Assembly (NCBI GenBank): GCA_963715645.1
Contig: OY970259.1
Coordinates: forward strand, 815,889 to 879,888
Source: an uncultured Thermoplasmata archaeon
GTDB lineage: Archaea > Thermoplasmatota > Thermoplasmata > Lutacidiplasmatales > UBA184
Direction: 5' to 3'
DNA: 64,000 bases
The notes under the pieces are model-generated. The model did not search any database, was not told the origin of the DNA, and saw nothing but the letters and a program-made list of their open reading frames with translations. Below are positions 10,640 to 21,447 of this stretch, one piece after another; the first letter of the stretch is position 1, and each line of letters starts with the position of its first letter. The position numbers and the translations under genes are program-made.

Positions 10640-11532
10640 GATCAGCCGCTGGACTCCTTGCGTTGGTAGAGGAACGCGGTCAGGGGCAAGAAGATGGCCA
10701 TGTAGCCGACCATGATGGCGAGGCCTTCGGTCACCGAGGCGCTCCAGAGGGTGTAGTATTGATCCTCCCCGAGCGGGATGGTCTGGAAGTGGATGAAGTC
10801 GGTATCGAGGATCGCGGCCATCGCTCCCCCAGCGTACGTTAGCGAGAACCACGGCTCGAATCCCCGCTAGCTCGACCACTCCCTGCAAGGTCGTGAACCC
10901 CACGTAGAGGGCAAGTACGGTGATGAGAACGCCTGCAGCGGGCGAGCGGACGAAGGCGCTCACGCAAAAGGCGACGCTGAGGGCGGCGAGAGCGAAGACC
11001 GCGGCCAGCCCGAGGGAGGTCGCCAGCAGGTTCCACGGAACCGCATTGACCCCGAAGAAGTAGACGGCCCCCACGGTCCCGAAGACGTAGTACACTCGCG
11101 ACGACCGAGAGCGTGACCAGGGTCGCGGCGGTGTAGCGGCCGGCGAGGAGCACCGACCGCCGAACGGGGAGGACGAGGATGTAGTGCCCCTGCGCCGGTC
11201 GAGAAGTCGACGCTCAACGCATCCCCCCCGAAGAACGCCGCCGCCAGGATGACCCAGAGCCCCGTGTACGCGAGGAAGTTACTGAGGTACTCGGAACTGC
11301 GATAGAGCTGCTGAACGCGGACCGCGGCGACCCCGGCATCGATCTGGAAGACGAGCGAAAGCGTCGAGATCAGGACGACGAAGCCCAACAGGCCGAGGAA
11401 TCGGTTGGTTCGCAAGTAGTTCTGAAGCTGGTGAACCGTGAGGATGCGCCAATGCTCGAAATCCGACACCTGATGGCGCGAAACCGGTCCGACCGCCTCG
11501 GTGCCGGTCGAGTCGGATTCAGCAACGCTCAC
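10640..11532 (-). CDS. ABC-2 family transporter permease; fragmented by frameshifts
   Basis: Hydrophobic pieces in three frames (FLGLLGFVVLISTLSLVF..., YVVFGTVGAVYFFGVNAVPWNLLATSLGLAAVFALAAL..., LLAGRYTAATLVTLSVVAS). Directly upstream of the ATPase. 3' end approximate. Confidence 0.6.
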
Positions 11533-11944
11533 GCTGGCCCCCGTCCGCTCACCCGAGCGCTCTGTGCCAGCTCTCTACAACGAGCGCGGGCGAGTCGCGC
11601 ACGGCACGGTGGCCCTGCGAACAGACGGTAAAACAGCCGCGGCCCCGCACTTAAATCTTGTGCCGCATCGAGGTGGAAAACGGGTCGCGAGATGCTTTCC
11701 TCGGACGACGAGCGCGGGGAGAGATCCGAGTGCCGGCCGCCTCCGTGGGTCCCGCCAGGGACCGCGTGGCTGGGGCCCGAGCGTCGCGCGCACCGGCCCC
11801 GGATCCGCGCGGTACTTCGTCACGCCGGCTTCGGCTGTACCACAAGGTTGATAGTCCTCGGGCCGGATGCAGGAGCGAACGACACATCTCGACGGCGGCG
11901 GCGCCAGCACCTGCGGGCCGTCTCCGATCGATCGCGGAACTGGA

Positions 11945-12631
11945 ATGAGCGGGCGTAATTCTCTCGGCCGCGTGGCGGTGCTCGCGATCGCGGTTCTCGT
12001 GATGGGCGGAGCCGCGGCGACCCCTCTCACCCCAGCGCATGAGCCTGGCCCGAGCGCGATCCGGTCCACGGGGACGTATTCGATCAATGTGACGGCGGTC
12101 GTCGACTATGGCTACCAACCAGATACTCTCGAGCAGGTTCCGACCAACGCAACCATCGTGGTGACGTTCATCGACGCGGACACTCTCCCCCACTCGTTCA
12201 CCATCTGGTCCCGAGCGGGGGTGGTGATCCCTGTGACGGACACGCCGAGTCAGCTGACGCAGCTGCTCACAACCTACCCCCCACTCTTCTCCGACCTCCT
12301 GAACGGCTCGGGCGAGCACTTCACCGGCACGTTCCGGTCGCCCGTGGCGCCAGGCTGGTACGAGTTCGTGTGCAACGTCTCTGGCCACTTCCAGAACGGC
12401 ATGTACGGTTTCATTGCCTTCGGCGAGAACCTCCCCTCGAACCTGACGACGCCCTCTCGCACCGGCGTGGGGGTGGCGAGCAGCAACCCGGGCCTCGTGG
12501 TGGCGATCGGGGTGCTGGTAGTCATCGCGCTCGCTTTTGGGTACGTCGTCTGGCGCCAGCGCCGCGCGGCCTACCGGATGCCACCCCCGCATCCTAAGAA
12601 TCCGCCCCGAACGGACCGACCGAGAGGCTAG
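11945..12631 (+). CDS. cupredoxin (type-1 blue copper) domain protein with signal peptide and C-terminal membrane anchor
   Basis: Signal-like N-terminus. T1 copper ligand pattern: H (HSFTI), C-x3-H (CNVSGHF), M (NGMYGF). C-terminal TM LVVAIGVLVVIALAFGYVVW. Confidence 0.7.
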   Translation: MSGRNSLGRVAVLAIAVLVMGGAAATPLTPAHEPGPSAIRSTGTYSINVTAVVDYGYQPDTLEQVPTNATIVVTFIDADTLPHSFTIWSRAGVVIPVTDTPSQLTQLLTTYPPLFSDLLNGSGEHFTGTFRSPVAPGWYEFVCNVSGHFQNGMYGFIAFGENLPSNLTTPSRTGVGVASSNPGLVVAIGVLVVIALAFGYVVWRQRRAAYRMPPPHPKNPPRTDRPRG

Positions 12632-12677
12632 CGGTCGTAGCGACGCAGACCCAGGGGGTTGACGGGGCGGAGGAGTT

Positions 12678-12974
12678 CTAGGCCCGGGCGCGGTAAATCT
12701 CCCCGTCGCGTCGTACGGTCACCGCGGCACCCAGCGGGGGCAGCGACCCATCGACAATCGTGAGGACCCGGACCCCATCCGCGAGCTCGACGAACGCGAG
12801 AAGGTGGGGGCTCTCCCATCCGGCCGCCGGATGGACCAGTTCGGTTGCGGCGAGGACCGTGCCGAGCGCCGGTGCGCTATACCCGCGACAATCGGGGGAC
12901 CCGCACCGAGGGCAGGGACCGTCGGTCGGCAAGAATCGAGCCTCACAGGAGCCGCACCGGGCGAGCTCGATCAT
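12678..12974 (-). CDS. DUF35 Zn-ribbon/OB-fold protein (thiolase/HMG-CoA synthase partner family)
   Basis: CGSC...CPRCGS zinc ribbon followed by an OB-fold-like segment. Lies immediately downstream of the thiolase gene. Confidence 0.6.
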   Translation of the reverse strand: MIELARCGSCEARFLPTDGPCPRCGSPDCRGYSAPALGTVLAATELVHPAAGWESPHLLAFVELADGVRVLTIVDGSLPPLGAAVTVRRDGEIYRARA

Positions 12975-12988
12975 CCCCGCAGGGTCGC

Positions 12989-14122
12989 TCACGGAGCCTC
13001 CCGGCCGAGGATTGTCACGAAGTTGTGCGAGGCCATCCCGCTCATCGCCTGGGCGAGGCCGACCTTGGGAGGTCGTGCAATCGCCCGTCGTCCGGCTTCG
13101 CCGCGCAGCTGCAACGCGACCTCGCCCACCTCGGCGAGCCCCGACGCCGCGACCGGATGGCCCCGGCCGATCACCCCACCGCTCGGGTTCACCGGAACTC
13201 GGCCATCGGGCAGGACCCATCCCTTCTCGAACCACGTCGCAGCCTCTCCCGGACCGCACAGTCCGAGGTCCTCCATGTGGATCAGGGAGAACGGGGAGAA
13301 GGCATCGTGCACCTCCACGAACTCGACCTCCTTGCGGGTAAGATGGGCCGACTCGTAGGCGCGTTTGGCCGCCACCCGGGTCGCGGTGAACGAGGCGAGG
13401 TCGGCGCGGTCCGCAATCCGTAACGCATCGAACCCCTGCCCGAGGCCGAGGACGGTCGCCGGCCCCTTCCCCCGTTCGAGCACGAGCGCGGTCGCACCGT
13501 CGGAGATAGGCGAGCAATGAAGGAGGCGAAGGGGCAGCGCGACCGGACGGCTCGCCGCGACCTCCGCAGCGGTCACCGGTTTCTGGAAGTGCGCGTTCGG
13601 GTTCCGGGCGGCCATGGCGCGGGCGTGGACCGAGGCAAGGTCGCACGCGTCGGTGGTGAGGTTGTGCCGCGCGAGGTAGCGCTGCGTGACGAGCGCGGCG
13701 AGCGCGGGCATGGTGGCGCCGGCGGCGACCTCGCTCGTGTGGAGGGATGCCGCAAGCTCCCGGGTGATGACCGCGGTCGACCGGTCGGTCATCTTCTCAG
13801 CCCCCACGACGAGCGCTCGCTCGAAGCGACCCGACTCGAGGAGGAGGGCGGCGGCCTGGAACGCCATGCCGCCGGTACCGCTGGCCGAGTCGACTCGGAA
13901 CCCCGAGGCCGACTCGAGGCTCAGACGGCTTGCGAGTCGCGGTAGGAACGTTTCGGTGCCGAAGGGTCCATGGGCCAGCATGGTGCCGGCAATCAGAAGG
14001 TCGATGGGCTTCCGCCCGATCCCCTCCAGGGCGAGCTTGGCGGCCTCGACGGCCAGGTCGATGAGGCCCTCCGGCCGTTTTCCGTAACGACCTGGCCCGA
14101 CCGAAGCGACGTGGACGCTCAC
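12989..14122 (-). CDS. thiolase-domain protein (acetyl-CoA C-acetyltransferase-like)
   Basis: 377 aa. Thiolase fold features: active Cys region, HCSPISDG, PSGGVIGRGHPVAASGL. Confidence 0.8.
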   Translation of the reverse strand: MSVHVASVGPGRYGKRPEGLIDLAVEAAKLALEGIGRKPIDLLIAGTMLAHGPFGTETFLPRLASRLSLESASGFRVDSASGTGGMAFQAAALLLESGRFERALVVGAEKMTDRSTAVITRELAASLHTSEVAAGATMPALAALVTQRYLARHNLTTDACDLASVHARAMAARNPNAHFQKPVTAAEVAASRPVALPLRLLHCSPISDGATALVLERGKGPATVLGLGQGFDALRIADRADLASFTATRVAAKRAYESAHLTRKEVEFVEVHDAFSPFSLIHMEDLGLCGPGEAATWFEKGWVLPDGRVPVNPSGGVIGRGHPVAASGLAEVGEVALQLRGEAGRRAIARPPKVGLAQAMSGMASHNFVTILGREAP

Positions 14123-14369
14123 AAACTAGCTCCCATCGATGGTTCGAGGAGTGTCCACGCGCGAGCGTGGAATGCCACGAGCTCCCAGCCGTTGCGCAGG
14201 AGCCCTCGAGCGACCATGTCGCTCCCTCCGGAGAGGGAGGGAGTATAAGCCGGTCGCGGCCGCCGATGGGGGGCGGATGGCTCCGGCGCCTGTCGATATT
14301 CCCACGGTCGATGGGCCCGCCGTCAACCGACGATCGCGGGCGCTGGGCGGACTGAAGGCGTCGAGACGG

Positions 14370-16265
14370 TCAGGGAGGTGGCGGCGGGGGGGGAGGCGGG
14401 GGAGGGAAGCCCCCCGATCCGGGCGGGGGCGGTGGCACCCCGGCTGTGCCCCCAGGCCCTTTGGGACCGCGATGCCCTCGAAGATAGAGGACGGATCCCG
14501 CGATGCCCGCCACGACAACGATCGCGATTCCCCCAAGAAGGTAGTACCCATCATCGCCCGATAGACCGAGGAAGGACGATGTCGACCCGCCTCCGCCCCC
14601 AGCTCCGGACCCAGAGCACGAAAAAGGCATGGGGACGGTCTGGGCAGCCCCACTGAAGTTGACCCATCCCGCCTGGGTCAAGGATCCCGTGAAGTCGCAC
14701 TTGCTCATGTCAGCCCAGGGGCCTACCCTCCAGGGATGACTGCCGTTGTGGACGGCATTGAAGACGATCGACGGAGCAGTTCCGTTGAGGGTCGTTCCGT
14801 CGAGTTCCACGTTCCACCACGCGCCCGACGGGAGGCCGGTTTCGGCGAAAGTGACGGGGTAGGTGCCGGGGCCGGTGACGTGGTTGACGGGGCCAGCCCC
14901 GATGACGCTCAAGTTGTTGCTAATGAAGTTGGGAACGTACAGCTCGTCGTTGGTGCTGTCGAAAACTGGGACTACCGGGGTCGTGCCCACTCCGATGGTG
15001 GCGACAACCTGCCCAGTCGTCGCGTTGAGGGCCGTCACGACGCCGAAATTATCCGAGGGGACCTGGCAGGCGACATACATCTCGTTGTTAGCCGGGTCAT
15101 ACACGGGGGTCTCGGGACTCTCGCCCACGGTGACCTCGGTCACGGTGTTCGAGGTGACGTTCAGTATCGAGACCGTGTCATTCGGGGTGCCGAAGGAGCT
15201 GGTGTTGACGAACGCGATGGGCACGAAGAGGTTGCCGGTCACCGGATCGACCGCAGGGGTTTGGGGGCCGGCGCCCACCGTGAAATTCCTCACGAACGAC
15301 GTTCCCTTGATCTCGGTCAGCGTCTCGTTTCCCGTGTTGGGCTGGTAGACTGCCTTCGTGACCGGGTCATAGACTGGAGACTCGGTAAGGAGGTCCTCCT
15401 GGGTGATCGTGCCGCTGGCGAAAGTGATCGGGATCGACCCGACGACCGTGTCCGTCGAGCCGTTGATGATGCTGAGATTGTTCGAGAACTGCGTGTTCGG
15501 TACGTAGATGTCGCCGTCCGCGGGGTCGTACGCCGGGGTGCTCGGGAAACCCCCCACCGGGATCGTCGCCGCAACGGTGTTGGTTGCCGTGTCGATCACC
15601 GTGACGTGGGATTTGAGGCCGGTTCCCATGGCTGGGATGTAGAGGTAGCCGTTCGCGGGGTCATACACCCCGGTCGTCGGATACGAGTTCCCGCCCGTCG
15701 ACACGTACTTGACGATCAGGCCAGTCGAGCCCGAGATTACCGTCACGTTGTCTGGGGGTGGGTCGGTCGAGATCACCGGGGTGTAGAGGTCGTTGACGGG
15801 GCCACCTACGTAGTTCGGCGTGGGCGGGTTGGCGTACAGGCCCAGGTAGATTTGGGCGGCAACCAAGTTCGATGCCCCGTCGATCGCCGTGAGGTTGGTC
15901 CCGTTCGACCCGAAGTAGACGTACCCGTTCGTCGGGTCAAACGTGGCGGATAGGCTCGTAACGCCCCCACTCACGTTGACCGTCGCGATCACCGTGTTCG
16001 TCGCACCTGAAGATGGGGTAACCACCCCAAGAGCCTGGGTCCCCGAAATCGGCGACTCCGGCCGTCCAACCACAGGGGAAGCCGAGAGGGCGGTTTCCTT
16101 AACGGATGGCCCCCCCGTCACTGCCCCTCCCACGCCCCAGCTGAGCAAGAGGAGGCAGACCAGCCCCAGTACCAGTAGCGCGGCCCGAGCCCTCCAGAAA
16201 GACCCGACCCGTACCTTCACTCGAACTCGCAGCAGGATGTGGATGAAATACATTTTGATAGGCAC
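14370..16265 (-). CDS. YVTN-family beta-propeller repeat surface protein with C-terminal TM anchor and poly-proline tail
   Basis: Signal/TM-like N-terminus. Many ~40-aa repeats with YDP.NG.LYV.N motifs. C-terminal LLGGIAIVVVAGIAGSVLYL, then GPGG...PPPPPPPPPPP. Confidence 0.7.
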   Translation of the reverse strand: MPIKMYFIHILLRVRVKVRVGSFWRARAALLVLGLVCLLLLSWGVGGAVTGGPSVKETALSASPVVGRPESPISGTQALGVVTPSSGATNTVIATVNVSGGVTSLSATFDPTNGYVYFGSNGTNLTAIDGASNLVAAQIYLGLYANPPTPNYVGGPVNDLYTPVISTDPPPDNVTVISGSTGLIVKYVSTGGNSYPTTGVYDPANGYLYIPAMGTGLKSHVTVIDTATNTVAATIPVGGFPSTPAYDPADGDIYVPNTQFSNNLSIINGSTDTVVGSIPITFASGTITQEDLLTESPVYDPVTKAVYQPNTGNETLTEIKGTSFVRNFTVGAGPQTPAVDPVTGNLFVPIAFVNTSSFGTPNDTVSILNVTSNTVTEVTVGESPETPVYDPANNEMYVACQVPSDNFGVVTALNATTGQVVATIGVGTTPVVPVFDSTNDELYVPNFISNNLSVIGAGPVNHVTGPGTYPVTFAETGLPSGAWWNVELDGTTLNGTAPSIVFNAVHNGSHPWRVGPWADMSKCDFTGSLTQAGWVNFSGAAQTVPMPFSCSGSGAGGGGGSTSSFLGLSGDDGYYLLGGIAIVVVAGIAGSVLYLRGHRGPKGPGGTAGVPPPPPGSGGFPPPPPPPPPPP

Positions 16266-17072
16266 TCTGCCACGGATCGGGGAACTTCTGCCAAGCCCCG
16301 AGCGAGCCCCAGCACCGGGCGGCGAGTCTGGGTAAGAGGCGATCGTTCACCCGCTCGCGACGAGACCCACCCGCCGAGGTGGTGTTAGCCGGCCTTCTCA
16401 ACCGCGGAGTCTGCCTTCCCAACCCCAGTCCCGGGCTAGATCGGGATTATGGCCAGGGAGGGGTGGTCCGGTCCGGTGCTATTCTGCCCTTGTGAGAGGG
16501 CGTTATGCGCAGGATTCGTGACCGTCCGTCTAGGTGGCGTGTTCCGATGGGCCGTTCAATACAGTCGCCATGCCCAATTTCGATGGTCGAAGAGACTCAC
16601 CCGGGTGACCCCAGGCAACTTCGCGCTGACGAAGCTTCGAAAGCGTTGGTGGGTCTTTCCGGACCTGAGTCCAAGCCGGAATCCCGCAGGCTTGAGTGGT
16701 GCGACGCAGACCGTTAGGCCCGGCGACCCCCCGGGACCGGGCCCCCGGGCGGGCGGGCTCACGGTGGGCTGCGGAATATGAGCCGGCTCGGGAGTGATCC
16801 GACGGCCGACCTCCCGGGTCCGTGAGCAGGAGTCCGGCTCCTTTGTCGGCATCGACTTCCACATGCGGGAGGGCGCCCCCGCCCTACCGAGCTGGTCCCC
16901 GTGCCCGCGCAGGAGGCCGGGGGGCGGGGTGGCACCGACCTGATGGCGCCGGGGGCGCGGGGTGGTGCTGCGGCGGGGGGCGGCTCCGATCGTTCGACTC
17001 GGAGGGTCGGGCGAGGGTTGAGGGCGCATCCCGTTGCCGTCCTCCCCGGGGTCCTCCCGATGCGGGATGGGA

Positions 17073-17825
17073 TCACCCAAAGCGGCCCGTGACGTAGTTC
17101 TCGGTGAGTCGCTCTTTCGGAGAGTTGAACACCTGCTCGGTTCGGTCGAGCTCTACGAGCTTGCCGAGGTAGAAGAACGCGGTCCAATCCGAGACGCGGT
17201 CGGCTTGGGAGAGGTTGTGGGTGACGATCACGACCGTGTACTTCGTCTTCAGGTGCTCGATCAGCGTCTCGATCTTGTTGGTCGCGATCGGGTCCAGGGA
17301 GGAGCACGGTTCGTCCATCAAGAGGACCTCCGGCTGAACGGCGAGCGCTCGCGCGATGCAGAGGCGCTGCTGTTGACCCCCCGAGAGGCTGACCCCGGGG
17401 GCGTCGACGTTGTCCTCCACTTCTTCCCAGAGGCCCGCGAGCTGGAGCGCCTCCACGACCCCTTCGTCCAGCTCCGCGCGCCGGCGGACCCCGAGGAGCC
17501 GGAGTCCCGCCGCCACGTTGTCGTAGATCGACATGTTCGGGAAGGGGCTCGGTCGCTGGAACACCATCCCCACCCGGAACCGGACCAGGACCGGGTTCGC
17601 CCTCCCGAGGTCCTCCCCATCGAGTCGGATCGTCCCAGTCGTCTTGGTCCCTGGGATCTCTTCGTGCAACCGGTTGAGGCAGCGGAGGAACGTTGACTTC
17701 CCACACCCCGAGGGCCCGATGATGGCCGTGACCTGGCCCTCGGGGATCTCGAGCGAGATGTCGTAGAGGGCCTGCCGGCGCCCGTACCAAGCGTTGAGCG
17801 AGACCGTCTCCATCTTCGCCGTCAT
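17073..17825 (-). CDS. pstB: phosphate ABC transporter ATP-binding protein
   Basis: Walker [25 protein letters not shown], Walker [12 protein letters not shown]. Typical PstB length. Confidence 0.9.
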   Translation of the reverse strand: MTAKMETVSLNAWYGRRQALYDISLEIPEGQVTAIIGPSGCGKSTFLRCLNRLHEEIPGTKTTGTIRLDGEDLGRANPVLVRFRVGMVFQRPSPFPNMSIYDNVAAGLRLLGVRRRAELDEGVVEALQLAGLWEEVEDNVDAPGVSLSGGQQQRLCIARALAVQPEVLLMDEPCSSLDPIATNKIETLIEHLKTKYTVVIVTHNLSQADRVSDWTAFFYLGKLVELDRTEQVFNSPKERLTENYVTGRFG

Positions 17826-17827
17826 GG

Positions 17828-18770
17828 GCTCACCCCGCCTCCGGGGAATCCGAAGGGGTGTGCACGAGGAGGCGGGTCCCGACGCTGATGAGCAGCATCA
17901 TCCCGAGGAGCACGAGGGCCGCGCCCCAGGCATCGGTCCTCAGGTTGCTGTACCGATGAGCCGAAGTTGGCGAAGATGAACGGGGTGATGGCCGCGGTCT
18001 GCGTGTTCAGGTTCGTGAACCAGAAGTTGCTGCCCCCCGCGGTCAGCAGAGATCGCCGCGGTATCCCCAGCCGCCCGGGACGCGGCGAGGAGCACGCCGG
18101 TCACGAGCGCACCGCGGGCGGTGCCGAGGACGACCCGGAGGGTCACCCAGTGCTTCGGGAAGCCGAGCGCGAGGGCCGCCTCCCGAACCCCATTCGGGAC
18201 TGCGCGCAACGCCTCTTCAGAGGCGCGGGTCACGATCGGGATCATGAGAATGCCGAGCGCGACGCCCGCCGACAAGGCGCTCAACGCGGAGTCGTGGTCG
18301 AGGTAGAGGAACACCACGAAGACGAACACCCCCAGGATGATGGTGGGGATCCCGGTCATGACGTCCGCACAAAAGCTGACGACCCGTCCGACCCGGCCGC
18401 GCCCGTACTCCGAGAGGTAGATGCCGGCCAAGAGGCCCACCGGGATCGCGATCGCTCCCCCGAGGGCGAGCATGATCAGCGTACCCTGGATCTCGGGGCC
18501 GATCCCCCCGAGCGAGCAGCTCGCCGCCGGAGAGGGGTTGCACCCCAACGGCGGAAGGGAAGCGTAGAAGGACGGTTGCACCACCGCCGGCCCTCCGTAG
18601 TGGACGGCCGTTAGGACCACGCTGACGAGCGGAGCGATCGCGAGCACGAGGCAGAGCACAGTGAGACCCAGCATCGCTGCGTAAACCCCTTGCCGCCGGA
18701 CGAACCTTCCGCGGGCTCCGGCGGCCAATCGGGCCCGCCACGGGAGCGGTGGGAGCGCGGCCGGCGACGA
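17828..18770 (-). CDS. pstA: phosphate ABC transporter permease PstA; C-terminus frameshifted twice; no stop separating it from pstC in this assembly
   Basis: Permease motifs [17 protein letters not shown]...GDTA. The true C-terminus ([17 protein letters not shown]...*) is in another frame and ends at 17828-17830, overlapping the pstB ATG. 5' boundary approximate. Confidence 0.65.
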
Positions 18771-19808
18771 CCCGGGGGGGGCAAGGGCCGTGAGCTTCCG
18801 GGCGTGGAGGCGGCGACCTCCCGGGGGCTCCCGACGGTCGGAGGGGATGTCGTCCCCATTGACCGACCGCCCGGCGATTCGCCACAGCATCACCCGAGCG
18901 ACCACGTTCACCGCGACCGTGATGGCGAGAAGTATGAGGGCGAGCTCGAGGAGGGACTGCATCTCGAGCCCGGGACCCACCTCGCTGAAGTTGTTGACGA
19001 TCCAGGTCGCGAGGGTGGCTCCCGGGGCGAACAGCGTGCCCGGAAGGATGTAGATGTTGCCGATGACCATCGTCACGGCGATCGTCTCCCCGATTGCGCG
19101 CCCGAGGCCGAGCACGACCCCCGCCGCGATCCCGGACCGGGCGGGGCCCAGGACGGCCATTCGCGTGGCCTCCCAACGGGTCGCCCCGAGGCTCCATGCC
19201 GATTCGCGATTGATTCGAGGGACCGCCCGCAGGGCCTCCCGAGAGAGGGCCGCGATGGTCGGGATGATCATGACCGCGAGTACGACCGTCGAAGTAAGGA
19301 TGTCGAGGCCGGTCGGCTGGGAGGAGAAGGGGAACCCCCCTCCGGTGAGCGCCCCGAGTCCCGGCTCGACGCTGGAGCGCATGATGGGCACCAGCACGAT
19401 GAACGCCCAGAACCCGTAGACGACCGAGGGGATCGCGGCAGAGAGGTCGACGACGTAGACGAGCGGGCGGCGGAGCCAGGGGGGCGCCATCTCGGAGAGG
19501 AAGATCGCCACTCCCAGCGCGATCGGAACGGCGAAGAGCAGGGCGAGGAGGCTCGTAAGCAGCGTTCCGACGATAGCCGGCCCGGCGCCGTAGATGTTGT
19601 GGACCCCGTCCCAGTCGAACCCGGTCAAGAAGCCGGGCCCGAAATGCACGATCGATGGCCACGAGCCCCAGAGCAGGAACGCGGCTAAGAGGGCGATGAG
19701 GAGCGCGACGGCGAGCGCGAAGAGCGCCGTCACCCCGTGGAAGAGCTGCCCGAGCCTCCGCAGGAGGCGAACGCGTTGGGTGAGGCCGGCACCCGGTGGG
19801 ACGGCCAT
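18770..19808 (-). CDS. pstC: phosphate ABC transporter permease PstC
   Basis: PstC-like TM core with GLGRAIGETIAVTMVIGN. Start probably the internal Met (MAVPPGAG), because the ORF's first ATG overlaps pstS. 3' boundary approximate because it runs in-frame into pstA. Confidence 0.65.
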
Positions 19809-19842
19809 CGGCGGACCAGATGGTGGGGCGATGGGCTTTCCC

Positions 19843-21084
19843 TCAACCGCAGGAGGGAATCGCCGCCTCATTATAGGTCATGGACGCGATCCCGGCCCGG
19901 TCGACGGTGATAATCGAGGCCGGCAGGGCCGCATAGTAGAGGTTCGGCCCCGACGCCGTCCCCTGTCCTGTCGAGAGGGTCCAGTCGAGCCACTGCACGA
20001 GGATTTCGGCCTTCTCCAGGCTCGGGGAATATCCCTGGTCGGTCGCCTGGTAGACGAACATGTAGGCGAAGGTGGCGAGGGGGTAGTCCCGGCTCCCGTT
20101 GGCGTTGACCATGCTAAGGTTGTACCAGTCCCCGGCCGAGCCCGGGACGCGGACGAGACTCGCCGTCTTGTCGGCAATCGCGCTTGCGGTGTTCGCTAGC
20201 GTGGGCGCGATGAACTGGTTGGAGGGGTTCTCGATCGCCGCGTACCCGAGGACCGAGCTGTCGAGGGTTAGCACATCGGTCAGGTCGCTATACCCGATCG
20301 AATCGGCGGTCGAGTTCACCGTGGTGAGGAGGCCCGAATTGGAGGAGGACGCGGTCTGGGCCGGGGCCCTTGGCCAGCTCACCGAGATTCCCTTACCGAC
20401 CTGCGATGCCCAGCTTCGATTCTCCTGGGAGAGGAAGTCCGAGAGGACGTACATAGTTCCGGCCGACCCGGACCGGTGGACCGTCTCGATCGTCGCCACG
20501 GGAAGGCTCACGTGAGGGTTGATGGACGCGATCGCCGCATCATCCCAAGCTGAGATCGTCCCCAAATAGATCCCGGCAAGGATCGGCCCGGTCAGGTTCA
20601 CATGGACCGACGGCCCCAGGCCCGGCAGGTTGTAAACGATGGCCAGGGCGCCCCCGATGACGGGGATCGTGAGGGGGGCCGAGGGCATGGCGCCGCGCTC
20701 CGATGCCGAGAGCGGGTCATCGGTGACCGCGAAGTCGATCAGCGGCGGGCTCTCTGAGAAGTGGGTCAGCCCGGTGCCCGAACCGGAGGCGGGGTAGTTC
20801 ACCTGGTTCCCGGTCTGGGCATTGTACTGCTGGGCCCAGGCGGCGAGGAGCGGGGCCACGAACTGCGCGCCGTCCCCCTGGAGCGTCAACGGGCCGCATT
20901 TTCCGGCATTGCCGGAGCTGCCGAACCAGTGCTCCTCGTAGCCCAGGGTGAGACCCGCCACCGCGATGACCACGACCACGACTACAATCCCAGCATTGAG
21001 GGCGAACCTGGAGGACTTCCGCCGTACCCGCGGAATCGATCTCGGCGACGGTGACGCTCCGGCCCGGGGGGCGGGGGCGCTCAT
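19843..21084 (-). CDS. pstS: phosphate ABC transporter substrate-binding protein
   Basis: PBP-like sequence with an N-terminal TM/signal region (IVVVVVVIAVAGL). First gene of the pstSCAB operon. Confidence 0.8.
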   Translation of the reverse strand: MSAPAPRAGASPSPRSIPRVRRKSSRFALNAGIVVVVVVIAVAGLTLGYEEHWFGSSGNAGKCGPLTLQGDGAQFVAPLLAAWAQQYNAQTGNQVNYPASGSGTGLTHFSESPPLIDFAVTDDPLSASERGAMPSAPLTIPVIGGALAIVYNLPGLGPSVHVNLTGPILAGIYLGTISAWDDAAIASINPHVSLPVATIETVHRSGSAGTMYVLSDFLSQENRSWASQVGKGISVSWPRAPAQTASSSNSGLLTTVNSTADSIGYSDLTDVLTLDSSVLGYAAIENPSNQFIAPTLANTASAIADKTASLVRVPGSAGDWYNLSMVNANGSRDYPLATFAYMFVYQATDQGYSPSLEKAEILVQWLDWTLSTGQGTASGPNLYYAALPASIITVDRAGIASMTYNEAAIPSCG

Positions 21085-21447
21085 CGTAGGCGCTCCGTGG
21101 CGAACCCAGCAACCTCCTCGCTCGGTCCTGGGATCCGCCCGTGAACCGTTATGTCAGACACGGTCCAGCCGACTTGACTCGGTGTTCATAGCGGGTTCGG
21201 AGGGCGCATTATCGACGGACGGTCGCGCGGTTTTCGCATATCAGTCGACCGTATCCCTCCCCACGGCGCAGGCTTCGTCCGTGCTGAGCTACCCATACAG
21301 TACGTCCCTCCGGCGACCTCTATCAACCCGACCGCGTAGTTGCTAGGCAGCCCTGCGCTCCTCGAGCCCGCAGGACCCGGCGCTCGGGGCCTGCAGGGCC
21401 GTCCACCAAACGTATTTGCCTTCGCCCGCCCGTCGGGGGACGAAGGG

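Noticed and set aside
16560-16700. Possible SRP RNA helix-8 motif (minus strand CTCAGGTCCGGAAAGACC)
   Set aside because: The conserved GGAAGG(G/A)AGCA continuation and helix-6/Alu-domain elements are absent. The similarity is limited to CAGGTCCGGAA.
17034-17696. 220-aa plus-strand ORF overlapping pstB
   Set aside because: Antisense to a well-supported PstB. Composition is E/R/D/L-rich, typical of antisense artefacts in high-GC DNA.
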